A stretch of 56,645 bases of DNA from Chitinivibrionales bacterium (GTDB taxonomy: Bacteria > Fibrobacterota > Chitinivibrionia > Chitinivibrionales > WJKA01): positions 1 through 56,645 of the forward strand of contig JBBRUX010000025.1 in NCBI GenBank assembly GCA_038247415.1, given 5' to 3'. Below are positions 8,706 through 18,659 of this stretch, piece by piece. Made by a program: the position numbers and the translations under genes. The notes below the pieces were generated by a model. That model made no database searches, had not been told where the DNA came from, and saw only the letters and a list, made by a program, of their open reading frames with translations. Every line of letters begins with the position of its first letter. Positions within the stretch are counted from its first letter, which is position 1.

Positions 8706-9704
8706 ATGCAAACAAATCCAGATTCTGTTTTTTGTATCGAAGCCAAGAATGTTGGAACCCGTCTGGATTCATTTTTAGCAAGCGTATTGTCAGATTTATC
8801 CCGAACGCGCATTGCCCTGCTTATCGATCAAGATAGGGCATTGGTCAATAATAAAGTGGCTAAAAAGAATTGCCGTTTGTGTTTAGCCGATGTTGTTACT
8901 CTTTCATTAGAAGGCGCAGAAATAGGACATCGCGCAGAATCCATCGAAGCGCAGGATATTCCTATTTCAATTGTGTGGGAAGATGATCATTATGCGGTGA
9001 TTGACAAGCCTGCTGGCCTTGTGGTGCATCCTGGCTGCGGCAACGGGAGTGGGACTTTGGCAAATGGACTTAAATTCCATTTCGATACGCTCTCAAGCGG
9101 AAGTGAAGCCGATCGCCCAGGAATTGTTCACCGTCTGGATAAAGACACCTCGGGATTATTGCTTGTTGCGAAATCCGATCATGCTCATAAATGTGCATCG
9201 GAAATGTTTGCAAACCGTACCATCGAGAAAGAATACATTGGTATTGTCATTGGAGAAATGCCCTGCGACCACGAGCTTATAGAAGCTCCTATCGGACGCA
9301 GCCGCAAAGATCCGCTTCGATTTTGTGTTCGTATGCTTGACGGAAAACCTTCAAGCACCGAGTATTGGCTTTTAGCTCATCGGGCTGGGGTTTCTGTACT
9401 TCGATTCCGATTGCATACCGGACGAACCCATCAAATTCGGGTTCATTGTGCTTATAAAAAATTCCCTATTATTCAGGATTCTTTGTATGGTGGAGGGCGC
9501 GATGCAGTTATGGGAATCGAGCCTTTGGATCGGCCCTTTGTGTATAGTATCTATAAAAGCATCGGCCGACAAGCCTTGCATGCTGCAAAACTCTCGTTTG
9601 TACATCCAATACTTTCCACAAAAATATCGTTAGTTGGAACCCTGCCTACCGATCTTTTAAATGCGCTTGCATTTTTTGATCATAAAACCCCCTGGATATC
9701 CTGA
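8706..9704 (+). CDS. rluD: RluA-family 23S rRNA pseudouridine synthase (RluD-like)
   Basis: S4 domain, DKPAGLVVHP, RPGIVHRLDKDTSGLL and TGRTHQIRVH motifs; follows lspA. Confidence 0.9.
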   Translation: MQTNPDSVFCIEAKNVGTRLDSFLASVLSDLSRTRIALLIDQDRALVNNKVAKKNCRLCLADVVTLSLEGAEIGHRAESIEAQDIPISIVWEDDHYAVIDKPAGLVVHPGCGNGSGTLANGLKFHFDTLSSGSEADRPGIVHRLDKDTSGLLLVAKSDHAHKCASEMFANRTIEKEYIGIVIGEMPCDHELIEAPIGRSRKDPLRFCVRMLDGKPSSTEYWLLAHRAGVSVLRFRLHTGRTHQIRVHCAYKKFPIIQDSLYGGGRDAVMGIEPLDRPFVYSIYKSIGRQALHAAKLSFVHPILSTKISLVGTLPTDLLNALAFFDHKTPWIS

Positions 9705-9783
9705 TAGTTATTCGCTTTATCTCATCAGGATTCCAGCGAGTTGGGAAATATTACTCCTCTTTTCTGGCCACACTTTTTGTAAA

Positions 9784-11463
9784 CTAAAACTTTGGTGGCG
9801 GAAATATTACTACCAAGGACCCCCGAGTAAAGATCACTTTTTTAGTAGTGCCCAAGCCCTTCGAGTCACTCGTTGTAAACGTTAACGTGTCGGAGCCAAT
9901 CCACGTTGAATCGGATGCCTTAATGGTTGTAAATTCGAGTGAATCGGTGACCCTGAACATATAGCGCATCGGACCGATACCAATGTTTAGTGGGATCAAA
10001 TCGGTGTAATAGTTTGCCTCAATTATTTTTCCGTTTGTCCACGTCAAATTCTTTTTTAAGGTGTCAACCGGATCGTAGGGGTCTGGGTCGGATAGGACAT
10101 TGCGGACATTCACACGCGAAAATAATACACGAGGATTAAATAGTGTGTTGCAGAACAGATGTGCCATAGTAATGGAAGGCGGATCGTTCTTTTCTGAGAA
10201 CCAGAAGGTTGCTTGTTGGTAATCTGAAAGGTTTTTTGGATCGGTGACTTTAAAACCGATAATGGCTTTTTTATCCGCGCCAAGTTCGGTTGAAGTCTGG
10301 AATATGGCAAGTTTGTGGGTACTAGAATTAAATGAGAATGTTAATCCACTATCCACAGTTACCGGCGTAATAGTCCAGGTCAATTGGTTTTTTGTATACG
10401 TTGTCGAGGGGTCTGTAAGGGTTACCAGTGTATCGAGAAACAACGTGTCTACGGGTGCATTCTCTTGACGTGGAGGGCGCAGGATCGACACGAGTTTTGG
10501 TGGGTACGTTTTGATTCCGTGATACGTGAGATGGAATCGCTTTGTAATTGTATTCCCCCCGCGATCCGTAACGGTGAGTGAGTCGAGTGTTTTTCCTGTG
10601 TCAAGAGTTGCAATAACAATCAATGCGGTATCGTTTTTCCATTGCAAGTCTTGATCTTTATTAAAATGTGCAGAATCGATGCCCCAGTTATCTGCTATTC
10701 CAAAGGCGAGCGTATCGGGAAGCACTGCTACCGGAATCGTGGTGTCGGAATAAAATGCAATGGTTGGCTTAATGCTATCGGTAACTTTGATCAAAACGGT
10801 TGCTATTGAGCTTACATTTAAATTAAAATCCATGGCGCTAAAGTGTACCGATCGCATCAACTCTTTCGATGTGTCAATGACCTGATGTACCGTACGTTTG
10901 ATAGAACTTGTTTTTGGACTAAAAGAAATAGAATCTTTTTTTGATTCGAGAGTGTCTTGCCAGAAATAGAGTTTATAAAGATTTGAATCGGGATCAGTAA
11001 TGGAAATCGCAAGATGAGCAGTGTCTCCCACTTGAACATGAATTTCGCTTGAATCGGGGTGAATGCTTGGCCCCTGTGCAACAGCTAATACTTTTTTAGT
11101 TGCCGAATCCAGTATGGCGCCGGTAAAATCTAAAATGTAAAAAGTAAATGTATTTTCTCCGAGTGCTAAAACAGGGAGATCCAGCTGCACGGTGTCGTTG
11201 GCGATTTTTCCGCCCGAACGCACTTTTGTGTTAGACTGTTTTGTAGAGGCATATACTACAAAGCTATCTACGTTATTGCCATTGTTAATACTCAGAGTAC
11301 AGGACACGTTCTTGTTTATGTAAAGCGTATCGCCTATGGCGCTAAAAGATTTGGCTGCATCGATTGTTGGAAGCTCTCCCAGAGGAGGAAGAATTGGGGC
11401 GGCGCATACTATTAAAAAAGAAACAAGTGCCACGATACTCATCAAAAGCTTTCGCGAAGTCAT
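9784..11463 (-). CDS. Exported Thr/Asp-rich beta-sandwich (Ig/cadherin-like) surface protein
   Basis: N-terminal signal peptide with a possible lipobox Cys; recurring TDPD/SDPD/TDP motifs; beta-rich composition. Confidence 0.7.
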   Translation of the reverse strand: MTSRKLLMSIVALVSFLIVCAAPILPPLGELPTIDAAKSFSAIGDTLYINKNVSCTLSINNGNNVDSFVVYASTKQSNTKVRSGGKIANDTVQLDLPVLALGENTFTFYILDFTGAILDSATKKVLAVAQGPSIHPDSSEIHVQVGDTAHLAISITDPDSNLYKLYFWQDTLESKKDSISFSPKTSSIKRTVHQVIDTSKELMRSVHFSAMDFNLNVSSIATVLIKVTDSIKPTIAFYSDTTIPVAVLPDTLAFGIADNWGIDSAHFNKDQDLQWKNDTALIVIATLDTGKTLDSLTVTDRGGNTITKRFHLTYHGIKTYPPKLVSILRPPRQENAPVDTLFLDTLVTLTDPSTTYTKNQLTWTITPVTVDSGLTFSFNSSTHKLAIFQTSTELGADKKAIIGFKVTDPKNLSDYQQATFWFSEKNDPPSITMAHLFCNTLFNPRVLFSRVNVRNVLSDPDPYDPVDTLKKNLTWTNGKIIEANYYTDLIPLNIGIGPMRYMFRVTDSLEFTTIKASDSTWIGSDTLTFTTSDSKGLGTTKKVIFTRGSLVVIFPPPKF

Positions 11464-11607
11464 GGTTTCCTCCTCGGAAAAACAGGTATCTGATATTTTA
11501 AAAAATAATCATCACAATAATAAACACTTAATAGGTATACGGATACATATACCCTAGTATTAAAACAACATTAACCTATTACTATAATCAAGGCAAACGA
11601 GGATTTT

Positions 11608-12084
11608 CTATGTTTTCGTCTTTGTGAACATTAGTTCGGTAATGCCCTTGACGATGAGATTTGGTAAGGTGCCGCTAAGACAATAACCTCGTTTTATATA
11701 GATCTGCTGTGCGTGTTCATTAAAATCGCTCGTGAGTAAGAAGACCGATTTTGCTTTTTTAAAGCCGGTATCTTCGAAATGCTGCATGAGGGTCGAAGCA
11801 ACGCCTTGGCAGCGATAGGCTGGTCGGATTGCGATTGTTTGAAGATAAGGGAATAATCCGAACGCCCCTTTAAGGGTGTAGCGAATAAACCCTGCAACCT
11901 CGCTTGAACCTGTGATGGCAACGTCAACTTCCTCTGTATGTATACCTTCGCTTATATACGATGCTATCTGCGATTCCGATGAAAAATAGACCGTACCAAT
12001 GGGGGAGCCAGATACGGCATTGACACATGCAGGGATGTCGGCAGTGGCACCTTTACGAATTGTTAGAACGAGGGGAGTGTTCAT
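11608..12084 (-). CDS. GNAT family N-acetyltransferase
   Basis: IAIRPAYRCQGVASTLM acetyl-CoA binding motif and N..AQQIY..RGY motif. Confidence 0.88.
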   Translation of the reverse strand: MNTPLVLTIRKGATADIPACVNAVSGSPIGTVYFSSESQIASYISEGIHTEEVDVAITGSSEVAGFIRYTLKGAFGLFPYLQTIAIRPAYRCQGVASTLMQHFEDTGFKKAKSVFLLTSDFNEHAQQIYIKRGYCLSGTLPNLIVKGITELMFTKTKT

Positions 12085-13585
12085 AGGTCTCTTCTTGGTG
12101 TGTCTCGAGGTGAAAACGGGCGCTTAGCTGTTGCAAGCTTTTAATAGTGTGCGCGAGAGCTTCTAAAGAATCTGAATATACAATACTACTGAGCTCAAGA
12201 TCGAGCAGAGCCCGTATGAATGCAGCGCATCCTGTCATGGTAGTGAGCTGTTCCTGATGTTTTTTAAAGGCATGCATAAAAACGGGATTTGACGTTAGCA
12301 AAAGTGATTCAAGTGCCTGTGCCATCTGGTTGAGAATCGTTGTAGCGAAAGCGATATCTGCCACCGCAGATACATATTCTGGAGAAAGCATGGTTGGTAA
12401 AAAAGGACTTTCTCCAAGTGCTTGGCAAAGAGCCGTAGATAAAGCTTCGTGGCAGAGGTTAATCTGTGTTGAACCATGAGCAATGAGCGCGTAATCGCTA
12501 TCTGGAAGAAGCAACGTTTTATAGACCGCACAATCGCCGGTATCTGTATATTGTTTTTTGCAGAGAGCATACACCTGTGAAGGTGCAATGGATCTCATAC
12601 AGTGCTGTGTTCGACACGTTTTGTTAAAACACGGCGATTGCGAGCATGTTCCGTGTAGTACAAAATGACCGTTGCCATAAGGTCCGGTTTCTCGGGGGCT
12701 TGTTGGTCCAAAGAGGGCAATAACCGGGGTCGAAACTCCCGCGGATGCATGCATAATTGCAGTGTCTCCGGATATAACGCACGATGCAAACGAAACGGCT
12801 GTTATACTTTCCCGAAACGAAAATGCTCCTGCACAGTTTGTGATTTTTGATGGATTGACCTGTGCGATAGAATCGCACAGGCTGTATTCCTGGGCAGACC
12901 CCGTAAGGAGAACGTGTACTGCATCAGAAATAAGCATTGTGGCAAGGGTGCGAAAGTGTTCGATGGGCCACCGTTTAGATTCCCACGCTGCACCGGGGTG
13001 TAGTACAACAAAGCGCTGTGGGACTCCAAGAGCAGTAAGTTTTTCCCGTAGTGCCGTTCCTTCTTGGCTTGATACTGCAAGGCCAGCGTTGCCGTGGTGG
13101 AATTTTACACCCGCAATACGTCTATAAATATCGGTTGCATGGAGGCGGTTGGCTTCGCGAGCTGCGGGAATAGCATATAAATATGTTGACCAAAAATCGG
13201 GTAGCACATGCAAACCCGTGGGCGCAAAATAACGTCCCTGTACCTTTGCCGTATCCAAGAGTCCAACAAGGCGTGAAATATACTCGATCTGGCACAAGTT
13301 TATTATTCTATCGAAGGCGTGGCTTTCAAGTTGTGCTACTAAATCTTTCAGGAGTGTTATCCCGTTTTGCCAATCTTTTCCGCGCAGGGTGTCGCGCACG
13401 AGCGCGCGTGGAATGGTGATAATGCAAGAAGCTCTTATAATACCTTGTAAAGGGCTCTCGGATCCTTCTTCTACTAAAAAAAATACCTCTGCTCCACTGT
13501 GTTGTAATCCATAAACTACCGGAAGTGTCATGATGACATCGCCAAGATTATTAGGCATACACACAAGAACTTTTTCAGGAGTCAT
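12053..13585 (-). CDS. Glycosyltransferase family 9 (LPS heptosyltransferase-like) with C-terminal extension
   Basis: NNLGDVIMTLP, LHPGAAWESKRWP, SGDTAIMHAS and ALFGPT motifs. Start reassigned to ATG 13585 (MTPEKVLV). Confidence 0.88.
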   Translation of the reverse strand: MTPEKVLVCMPNNLGDVIMTLPVVYGLQHSGAEVFFLVEEGSESPLQGIIRASCIITIPRALVRDTLRGKDWQNGITLLKDLVAQLESHAFDRIINLCQIEYISRLVGLLDTAKVQGRYFAPTGLHVLPDFWSTYLYAIPAAREANRLHATDIYRRIAGVKFHHGNAGLAVSSQEGTALREKLTALGVPQRFVVLHPGAAWESKRWPIEHFRTLATMLISDAVHVLLTGSAQEYSLCDSIAQVNPSKITNCAGAFSFRESITAVSFASCVISGDTAIMHASAGVSTPVIALFGPTSPRETGPYGNGHFVLHGTCSQSPCFNKTCRTQHCMRSIAPSQVYALCKKQYTDTGDCAVYKTLLLPDSDYALIAHGSTQINLCHEALSTALCQALGESPFLPTMLSPEYVSAVADIAFATTILNQMAQALESLLLTSNPVFMHAFKKHQEQLTTMTGCAAFIRALLDLELSSIVYSDSLEALAHTIKSLQQLSARFHLETHQEETYEHSPRSNNS

Positions 13586-13857
13586 ATACTGCTTTGTCCT
13601 CGGTGTAGGTATAGGTTTTGCTAATAGCGTGAGCAGTAAGCAGGAGCATCTCTTCTTGGGTAAGCAGTTGTGTGCCTTCTTTTTGACGGATGGGTAAAAT
13701 GTATTCGAAAAAAGATTGAGGTGGGGTAGTGCTATGCTGCATGACAATTCCAACAAGATAGAATTAGTGAAGAATCCAGAAGCCTTTTAAATCATGTGCC
13801 ATGAGGATCGTAAAATATAAGCGTATCATGAAGCACATCGAGCTTCAAGCGGAGAAA

Positions 13858-15027
13858 TTAACGATGCGGTCGAAAAGAGTGTCTGGATTTTTTGGGTCGT
13901 GATGCTGTTAAGTCGGGAGGGGTGCCAATCCAGAGCGGCTCGATCCGGTTAAGCGAGAGTGTTCGCTGGAGAGTGCGAATGTCTTCATCGAGTACATAGG
14001 AAAGTGCCACTCCCTTGCGGCCCATTCTCCCAGCGCGGCCAGTGCGGTGAGTGTAGTCGACTTCGGAGCGTGGAAAATCGAAGTTGATAACATGCGAAAC
14101 GTTAGAAAAATCGAGCCCGCGTCCGGCTACATCGGTTGCAAGAAGCACCGGAAGCTCGCCTCGTTTAAATTCGTTGAAGAGAACCGAGCGTACATTCTGA
14201 TCCATGCCTCCGTGCAAATACTCGGAATGCCGTATCACCTTACGCATGCGTTTGTAAAGATGTTCGCCTTTAAATCTGCTGTTGCAGAAAACCAGAACTT
14301 GGCGAAATAATTGCCGATTTCCAAGAAAGGCGAAGAGATGGTCTTCTCGTTCGGCTTGCGAATTGACGTAATGAAAGTGATGCTCGAGTGAATCGGGAGC
14401 AATAGAATCGAGATTGAGCTGGATGCGTAAGGGGTCTTTTAAAAATTTGGCGATAATATTTGCGAGATCGGAGGGCATTGTTGCAGAAAAAAGCAGCGTT
14501 TGATGAGGACACACAATGCAAGACATGATAAATTCGACATCTTCTAAAAAGCCCATGGTAAGCATTTCGTCGGCTTCATCGAGTACGAGCGCTTCTATGG
14601 AGCGAAAATTGAGAACGCCCGTATGAAGAATATCGATAAGTCTGCCGGGTGTAGCCACAAGGATCTGTCCGCCTTCACGGATAGATTTGAGCTGCGCATC
14701 AATAGGAACTCCGCCATAAGCAATTATTGGCGTAATTCCGGTATATCGCGTAATAGTGCAGAGCTCAGAGTGGTATTGAAGTGCTAATTCCCGCGTAGGC
14801 ACTAAAACCAGTACCTGAACCGCTTTTAATTCTTCGTCTATAAGTTGAGCTAACGGCACTCCGCACGCACCTGTTTTGCCAGAGCCAGTTTGAGCAAGCG
14901 CAACAATATCACGGCGTTCGATAATGGGTAAAAAAGTCTGTTCTTGAATTGGCGAGAGGTCTTGGTAACCTATATCGGCAAGCGCTTGATGAATTTCGGG
15001 TCTTAAATTGATATCAATAAATCGCAT
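13858..15027 (-). CDS. DEAD-box RNA helicase
   Basis: Q motif, AQTGSGKT, PTRELA, TPGR, DEAD, SAT and HRTGRAGR motifs. Confidence 0.96.
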   Translation of the reverse strand: MRFIDINLRPEIHQALADIGYQDLSPIQEQTFLPIIERRDIVALAQTGSGKTGACGVPLAQLIDEELKAVQVLVLVPTRELALQYHSELCTITRYTGITPIIAYGGVPIDAQLKSIREGGQILVATPGRLIDILHTGVLNFRSIEALVLDEADEMLTMGFLEDVEFIMSCIVCPHQTLLFSATMPSDLANIIAKFLKDPLRIQLNLDSIAPDSLEHHFHYVNSQAEREDHLFAFLGNRQLFRQVLVFCNSRFKGEHLYKRMRKVIRHSEYLHGGMDQNVRSVLFNEFKRGELPVLLATDVAGRGLDFSNVSHVINFDFPRSEVDYTHRTGRAGRMGRKGVALSYVLDEDIRTLQRTLSLNRIEPLWIGTPPDLTASRPKKSRHSFRPHR

Positions 15028-15200
15028 AGTAAGAAAAATAGTTCAAAGGTGAGGGCTCCTGCTTGATTGTTTTACATTTGTTACAATATTTGAATGCTTT
15101 GGTCGAAATTAATATAGACACAGGTTTGGGTTCTCCTCTGGGCCTGAGTCTATTATAATGTAGATATGTAGTGATATGATGAAGGTGAATTCCTTCGATG

Positions 15201-15236
15201 TGCCTGCCAGATCCTCCTCTGGCGGGCATTTTTATT
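15201..15236 (+). terminator. Intrinsic terminator-like hairpin with no annotated upstream gene on this strand
   Basis: TGCCTGCCAGA-tcctcc-TCTGGCGGGCA followed by TTTTTATT; 11-bp stem with one G-U pair on the + strand. Confidence 0.6.
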
Positions 15237-15255
15237 ATAGATGCTTCTGTGTAAG

Positions 15256-15400
15256 AATTTGGGCGTATCGGCTTCGCCATCGGCGACAGTGCCCACAAAA
15301 AAGCTTAGGCACTTTGGACAAAGCGCTATAATCGTGGCACCAAGGGCGAACGCCCGCGCCTGTAAGAAGTGCCGACGGTGGCAACCGTGGCGCCCAGATT
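15256..15400 (-). ncRNA. Candidate structured RNA or miniature palindromic element
   Basis: GC-rich island in an AT-rich intergenic region. Its ends pair (AATTTGGGCG / CGCCCAGATT), with a long imperfect stem and internal hairpins. Several + strand A-C mismatches become G-U pairs on the - strand. Confidence 0.45.
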
Positions 15401-15654
15401 CGGGATTTACAAGAGATGTTCTAGATATGCGCCGAGACTCAAATTGTATAAAAATGATTAGTTGGGCATTAAGATTCAAATAAAGCTAGTTTATTTTAAA
15501 ATCCCCCAAAACCCTTCTCTCAGACCTCCGTTATGCCATTTTCCAATTCCTTTGGCAAGCACTATCCCCATTTTTTTGTCAATCATAAAAAAAAGAAAAA
15601 TATTTAATTGCCCCCCATCATCCGCAAATATATTTTCATTTTATACTAAAAAAA

Positions 15655-15670
15655 ACACAATCTGTTGTGG
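15655..15670 (+). promoter_or_regulatory. NrdR box
   Basis: ACACAATCTGTTGTGG matches the consensus acaCwAtATaTwGtgt at 13 of 16 positions, 45 nt upstream of nrdD. A weak second site (AATATATT core) lies about 32 nt further upstream. Confidence 0.7.
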
Positions 15671-15715
15671 TTGATGTGCCAACGCATACAACCCCCACCT
15701 CAAGGAGCCCCTGCA

Positions 15716-17845
15716 ATGATTTCGACTATTCGCAAACGTGACGGCAAGCTTGTATCCTACGATAATTATAAAATCGCCAGCGCAATTTTTAAAGCGGCCG
15801 AATCGGTTGGCGGTAAGGATTTTGGGTTGGCGCTTGCCCTCGCTAAAAAGTCAGAAGAGGTCATTGGTCAGCGTTTTCATTCAAATTCTATTCCTGCTGT
15901 CGAAGAGCTTCAAGATATTATCGAAAAGGTCCTTATCGAGAGCGGTCATAGTAGTGTTTCTAAGGCTTACATATTATATCGGGAACAACATCGACGCCTG
16001 CGCGATACCAAAGACCTTTTGCTCGATATCGTCACAACAATGGATGGCTATCTCAAGCAGGAAGATTGGCGCGTTCACGAAAATTCCAATGTGAATTATT
16101 CTCTCGGTGGATTGGTTCTTCATAATAGCGGTGCCATAACTGCAAATTATTGGCTCGAAAACATTTATTCGCGCGATATCTCTTCGGCTCATCGCAATGG
16201 CGAAATCCATATTCACGATTTATGCATGTTCTCTGGCTATTGTGCCGGATGGTCTTTGCGGCAACTTATTGCCGAAGGTTTGGGTGGGGTGAAAGGCAAA
16301 ATTTCCTCAAAACCACCAAAGCATTTATCTACGCTTGTGCAGCAAATGGTTAATTTCCTTGGTATATTGCAAAATGAGTGGGCTGGTGCCCAGGCCTTTT
16401 CTTCGTTCGATACGTATTTGGCACCCTTTGTTCGCAGCGGAAATCTTTCCTACGAAGAAGTCAAGCAATGTATCCAGATGTTTGTTTTTGGTGTAAATAC
16501 GCCATCCCGATGGGGTTCTCAGGCTCCTTTTACCAATATCACACTCGATTGGGTTGTGCCCGAGGATCTTAAAAATCAACCTGCCGTTGTTGGCGGTGTC
16601 CCACTCGATACCCCGTATGGCGATTATCAGGTTGAAATGGATATTATCAATAAGGCATTTCTGGAAGTGCTTATAGAAGGTGACGCCGATGGCCGTGGGT
16701 TTTCCTACCTAATTCCGACCTATAATATTACACCCAATTTTAATTGGGATTCCGAAAATGCGCGTTTGCTGTTTACCATGACAGGTAAATACGGAACGCC
16801 TTATTTTCAGAATTTTATGAATTCAGATCTCGACCCTTCTGATGTGCGTTCTATGTGCTGCCGGTTACAACTTGATAAAAGAGAGCTCCGCAATCGTGGC
16901 GGCGGTCTCTTTGGCGCCGATGAATTTACAGGCTCTATAGGGGTTGTAACCGTTAATTTACCCCGAATTGGCTATCTCTCTTCTACCAAAGAGGACTTTT
17001 TCAGTCAGTTGGATCATTTTATGGATATTGCACGCGATTCTCTTGAAGTAAAACGAGTCGTGATTACCAATCTTATGAAATCAGGAATTTTTCCCTATAC
17101 CCAGCGCTATTTACATCATTGGAATAATCATTTTTCTACCATTGGCCTTATTGGTATGAATGAGGCGATGCTTAATTTCATGGATAAAGATCTCACTCAC
17201 GAAGAAGCGCGTTTGTTTGCAATAGAGGTGCTTAATCACATGCGTAATCGCCTAAAGGTATACCAAGAACAAACCGGCCATTTGTATAATCTTGAGGCAA
17301 CCCCCGGAGAAGGCACAAGCTATCGTCTTGCAAAGAAAGATCGCGAAAAATTTTCTCGTATGAATATTCCTGGTGGGGAGAATCCTTATTATACTAATTC
17401 TTCGCAGCTTCCAGTAAATGCCACAACCGATATTTTTGAAGCGCTCTCTCTGCAAAATGATTTGCAAAAGGCGTATACTGGCGGAACGGTTTTTCATGGA
17501 TTTATTGGGGAAAGCATCGATGACCCTGAAGTGGTGAAAAAATTGGTTCGTACCATCGCATCAAATTATCAAATTCCGTACTTTACTATTACGCCAACAT
17601 TTTCGGTGTGTCCAATTCACGGGTATCTCAAGGGTGAACACTTTGCGTGTCCACATTGTGGCGAAGAATCCGAGGTTTATTCTCGTATTGTTGGGTATTA
17701 TCGCCCTGTTCAAAATTGGAACCACGGAAAGAAATCTGAGTTTGCTGAGCGAACTGCATATAAACCCTATAATAGTACTAAACCGTTAGCTGCTACTATT
17801 GTAACACACGAAAATGTGGCAGTTCCATGCGCGACGGTTTCGTAA
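15716..17845 (+). CDS. nrdD: Anaerobic (class III) ribonucleoside-triphosphate reductase with ATP-cone
   Basis: N-terminal IRKRDG ATP-cone, SMCCRL, CPIH..CPHC zinc site and glycyl-radical loop YSRIVGYYRP. ATG 15716 follows AAGGAG. Confidence 0.96.
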   Translation: MISTIRKRDGKLVSYDNYKIASAIFKAAESVGGKDFGLALALAKKSEEVIGQRFHSNSIPAVEELQDIIEKVLIESGHSSVSKAYILYREQHRRLRDTKDLLLDIVTTMDGYLKQEDWRVHENSNVNYSLGGLVLHNSGAITANYWLENIYSRDISSAHRNGEIHIHDLCMFSGYCAGWSLRQLIAEGLGGVKGKISSKPPKHLSTLVQQMVNFLGILQNEWAGAQAFSSFDTYLAPFVRSGNLSYEEVKQCIQMFVFGVNTPSRWGSQAPFTNITLDWVVPEDLKNQPAVVGGVPLDTPYGDYQVEMDIINKAFLEVLIEGDADGRGFSYLIPTYNITPNFNWDSENARLLFTMTGKYGTPYFQNFMNSDLDPSDVRSMCCRLQLDKRELRNRGGGLFGADEFTGSIGVVTVNLPRIGYLSSTKEDFFSQLDHFMDIARDSLEVKRVVITNLMKSGIFPYTQRYLHHWNNHFSTIGLIGMNEAMLNFMDKDLTHEEARLFAIEVLNHMRNRLKVYQEQTGHLYNLEATPGEGTSYRLAKKDREKFSRMNIPGGENPYYTNSSQLPVNATTDIFEALSLQNDLQKAYTGGTVFHGFIGESIDDPEVVKKLVRTIASNYQIPYFTITPTFSVCPIHGYLKGEHFACPHCGEESEVYSRIVGYYRPVQNWNHGKKSEFAERTAYKPYNSTKPLAATIVTHENVAVPCATVS

Positions 17846-18537
17846 AGGTTGTTGGCTGGACTAAGAATTCTTTTATAGATTTTCCCCACACTATTGCAAC
17901 TGTACTTTTTTTAGGCGGTTGTAACCTGCGATGTCCGTATTGTCATAATCCTTCAATTGTGAATTTCCAAAACGCTCTGTCAATTTCGCATGAGGAAATT
18001 TTTGCTTTTCTTGAGGGTCGAAAAGGGCAGATCGAAGGAGTTGTGATTTCGGGAGGGGAGCCCACATTGCATGCAGGATTGCCATTGCTTGTTAAAGAAA
18101 TCCAAGGCCTTGGCTACAAAGTAAAGATCGATTCGAATGGCTTATTACCGCACATGATTCAACAATCAAAGCCTGATTATTTTGCCCTCGATATCAAAAC
18201 GATCCCACTCAAATACGCATCTCATCTTGGATATCGGGGGTCAGATGCAATCCTGATGCTTTCTGAGTCGATACGTATAGTAAAGGAGATGGGAGAAAAA
18301 TCGGAAGTGCGCATTACGCTTTCACCTGGCATAATTTCAGAACCCGATATTGTGGAAATTGCAAAAATGCTAGAAGGCGTGGAAAAGGTATTTTTGCAGC
18401 CTTTTTCTAAAAATTCACCAATGCTAGAGCCCAATATGACTGCAGTAGAACCCTACTCAGGGATCGAGATTGAACATTTTCAAGCAATTTTAGCCAGAAA
18501 TGTTGGCTCGTGTAAAATCAGAGGGCGTTCGCAGTAA
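17827..18537 (+). CDS. nrdG: Class III RNR activating radical SAM enzyme
   Basis: GCNLRCPYCHNP (CxxxCxxC) and ISGGEPT motifs; overlaps the nrdD stop. Confidence 0.93.
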   Translation: MRDGFVKVVGWTKNSFIDFPHTIATVLFLGGCNLRCPYCHNPSIVNFQNALSISHEEIFAFLEGRKGQIEGVVISGGEPTLHAGLPLLVKEIQGLGYKVKIDSNGLLPHMIQQSKPDYFALDIKTIPLKYASHLGYRGSDAILMLSESIRIVKEMGEKSEVRITLSPGIISEPDIVEIAKMLEGVEKVFLQPFSKNSPMLEPNMTAVEPYSGIEIEHFQAILARNVGSCKIRGRSQ

Positions 18538-18659
18538 GCTATTTGGAGTCATATCGTACTTGGTACAATATCTATTTTTGTTCTATCGTAGTGTTTTACT
18601 GTGATGATAATTTATGGGTGTCTTTTAAATATAGTGTTACTTTTTTTAAGGAGCGGTTC

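Noticed and set aside
15014..15483. Short ORFs in the helicase-nrdD intergenic region
   Set aside because: They overlap each other on both strands, have no recognisable motifs and coincide with hairpin-rich sequence; a non-coding interpretation is preferred.
18598..18620. Possible Fur/PerR box (GTGATGATAATTTAT) upstream of rubrerythrin
   Set aside because: Only a half-site match in AT-rich sequence; not distinguishable from chance.
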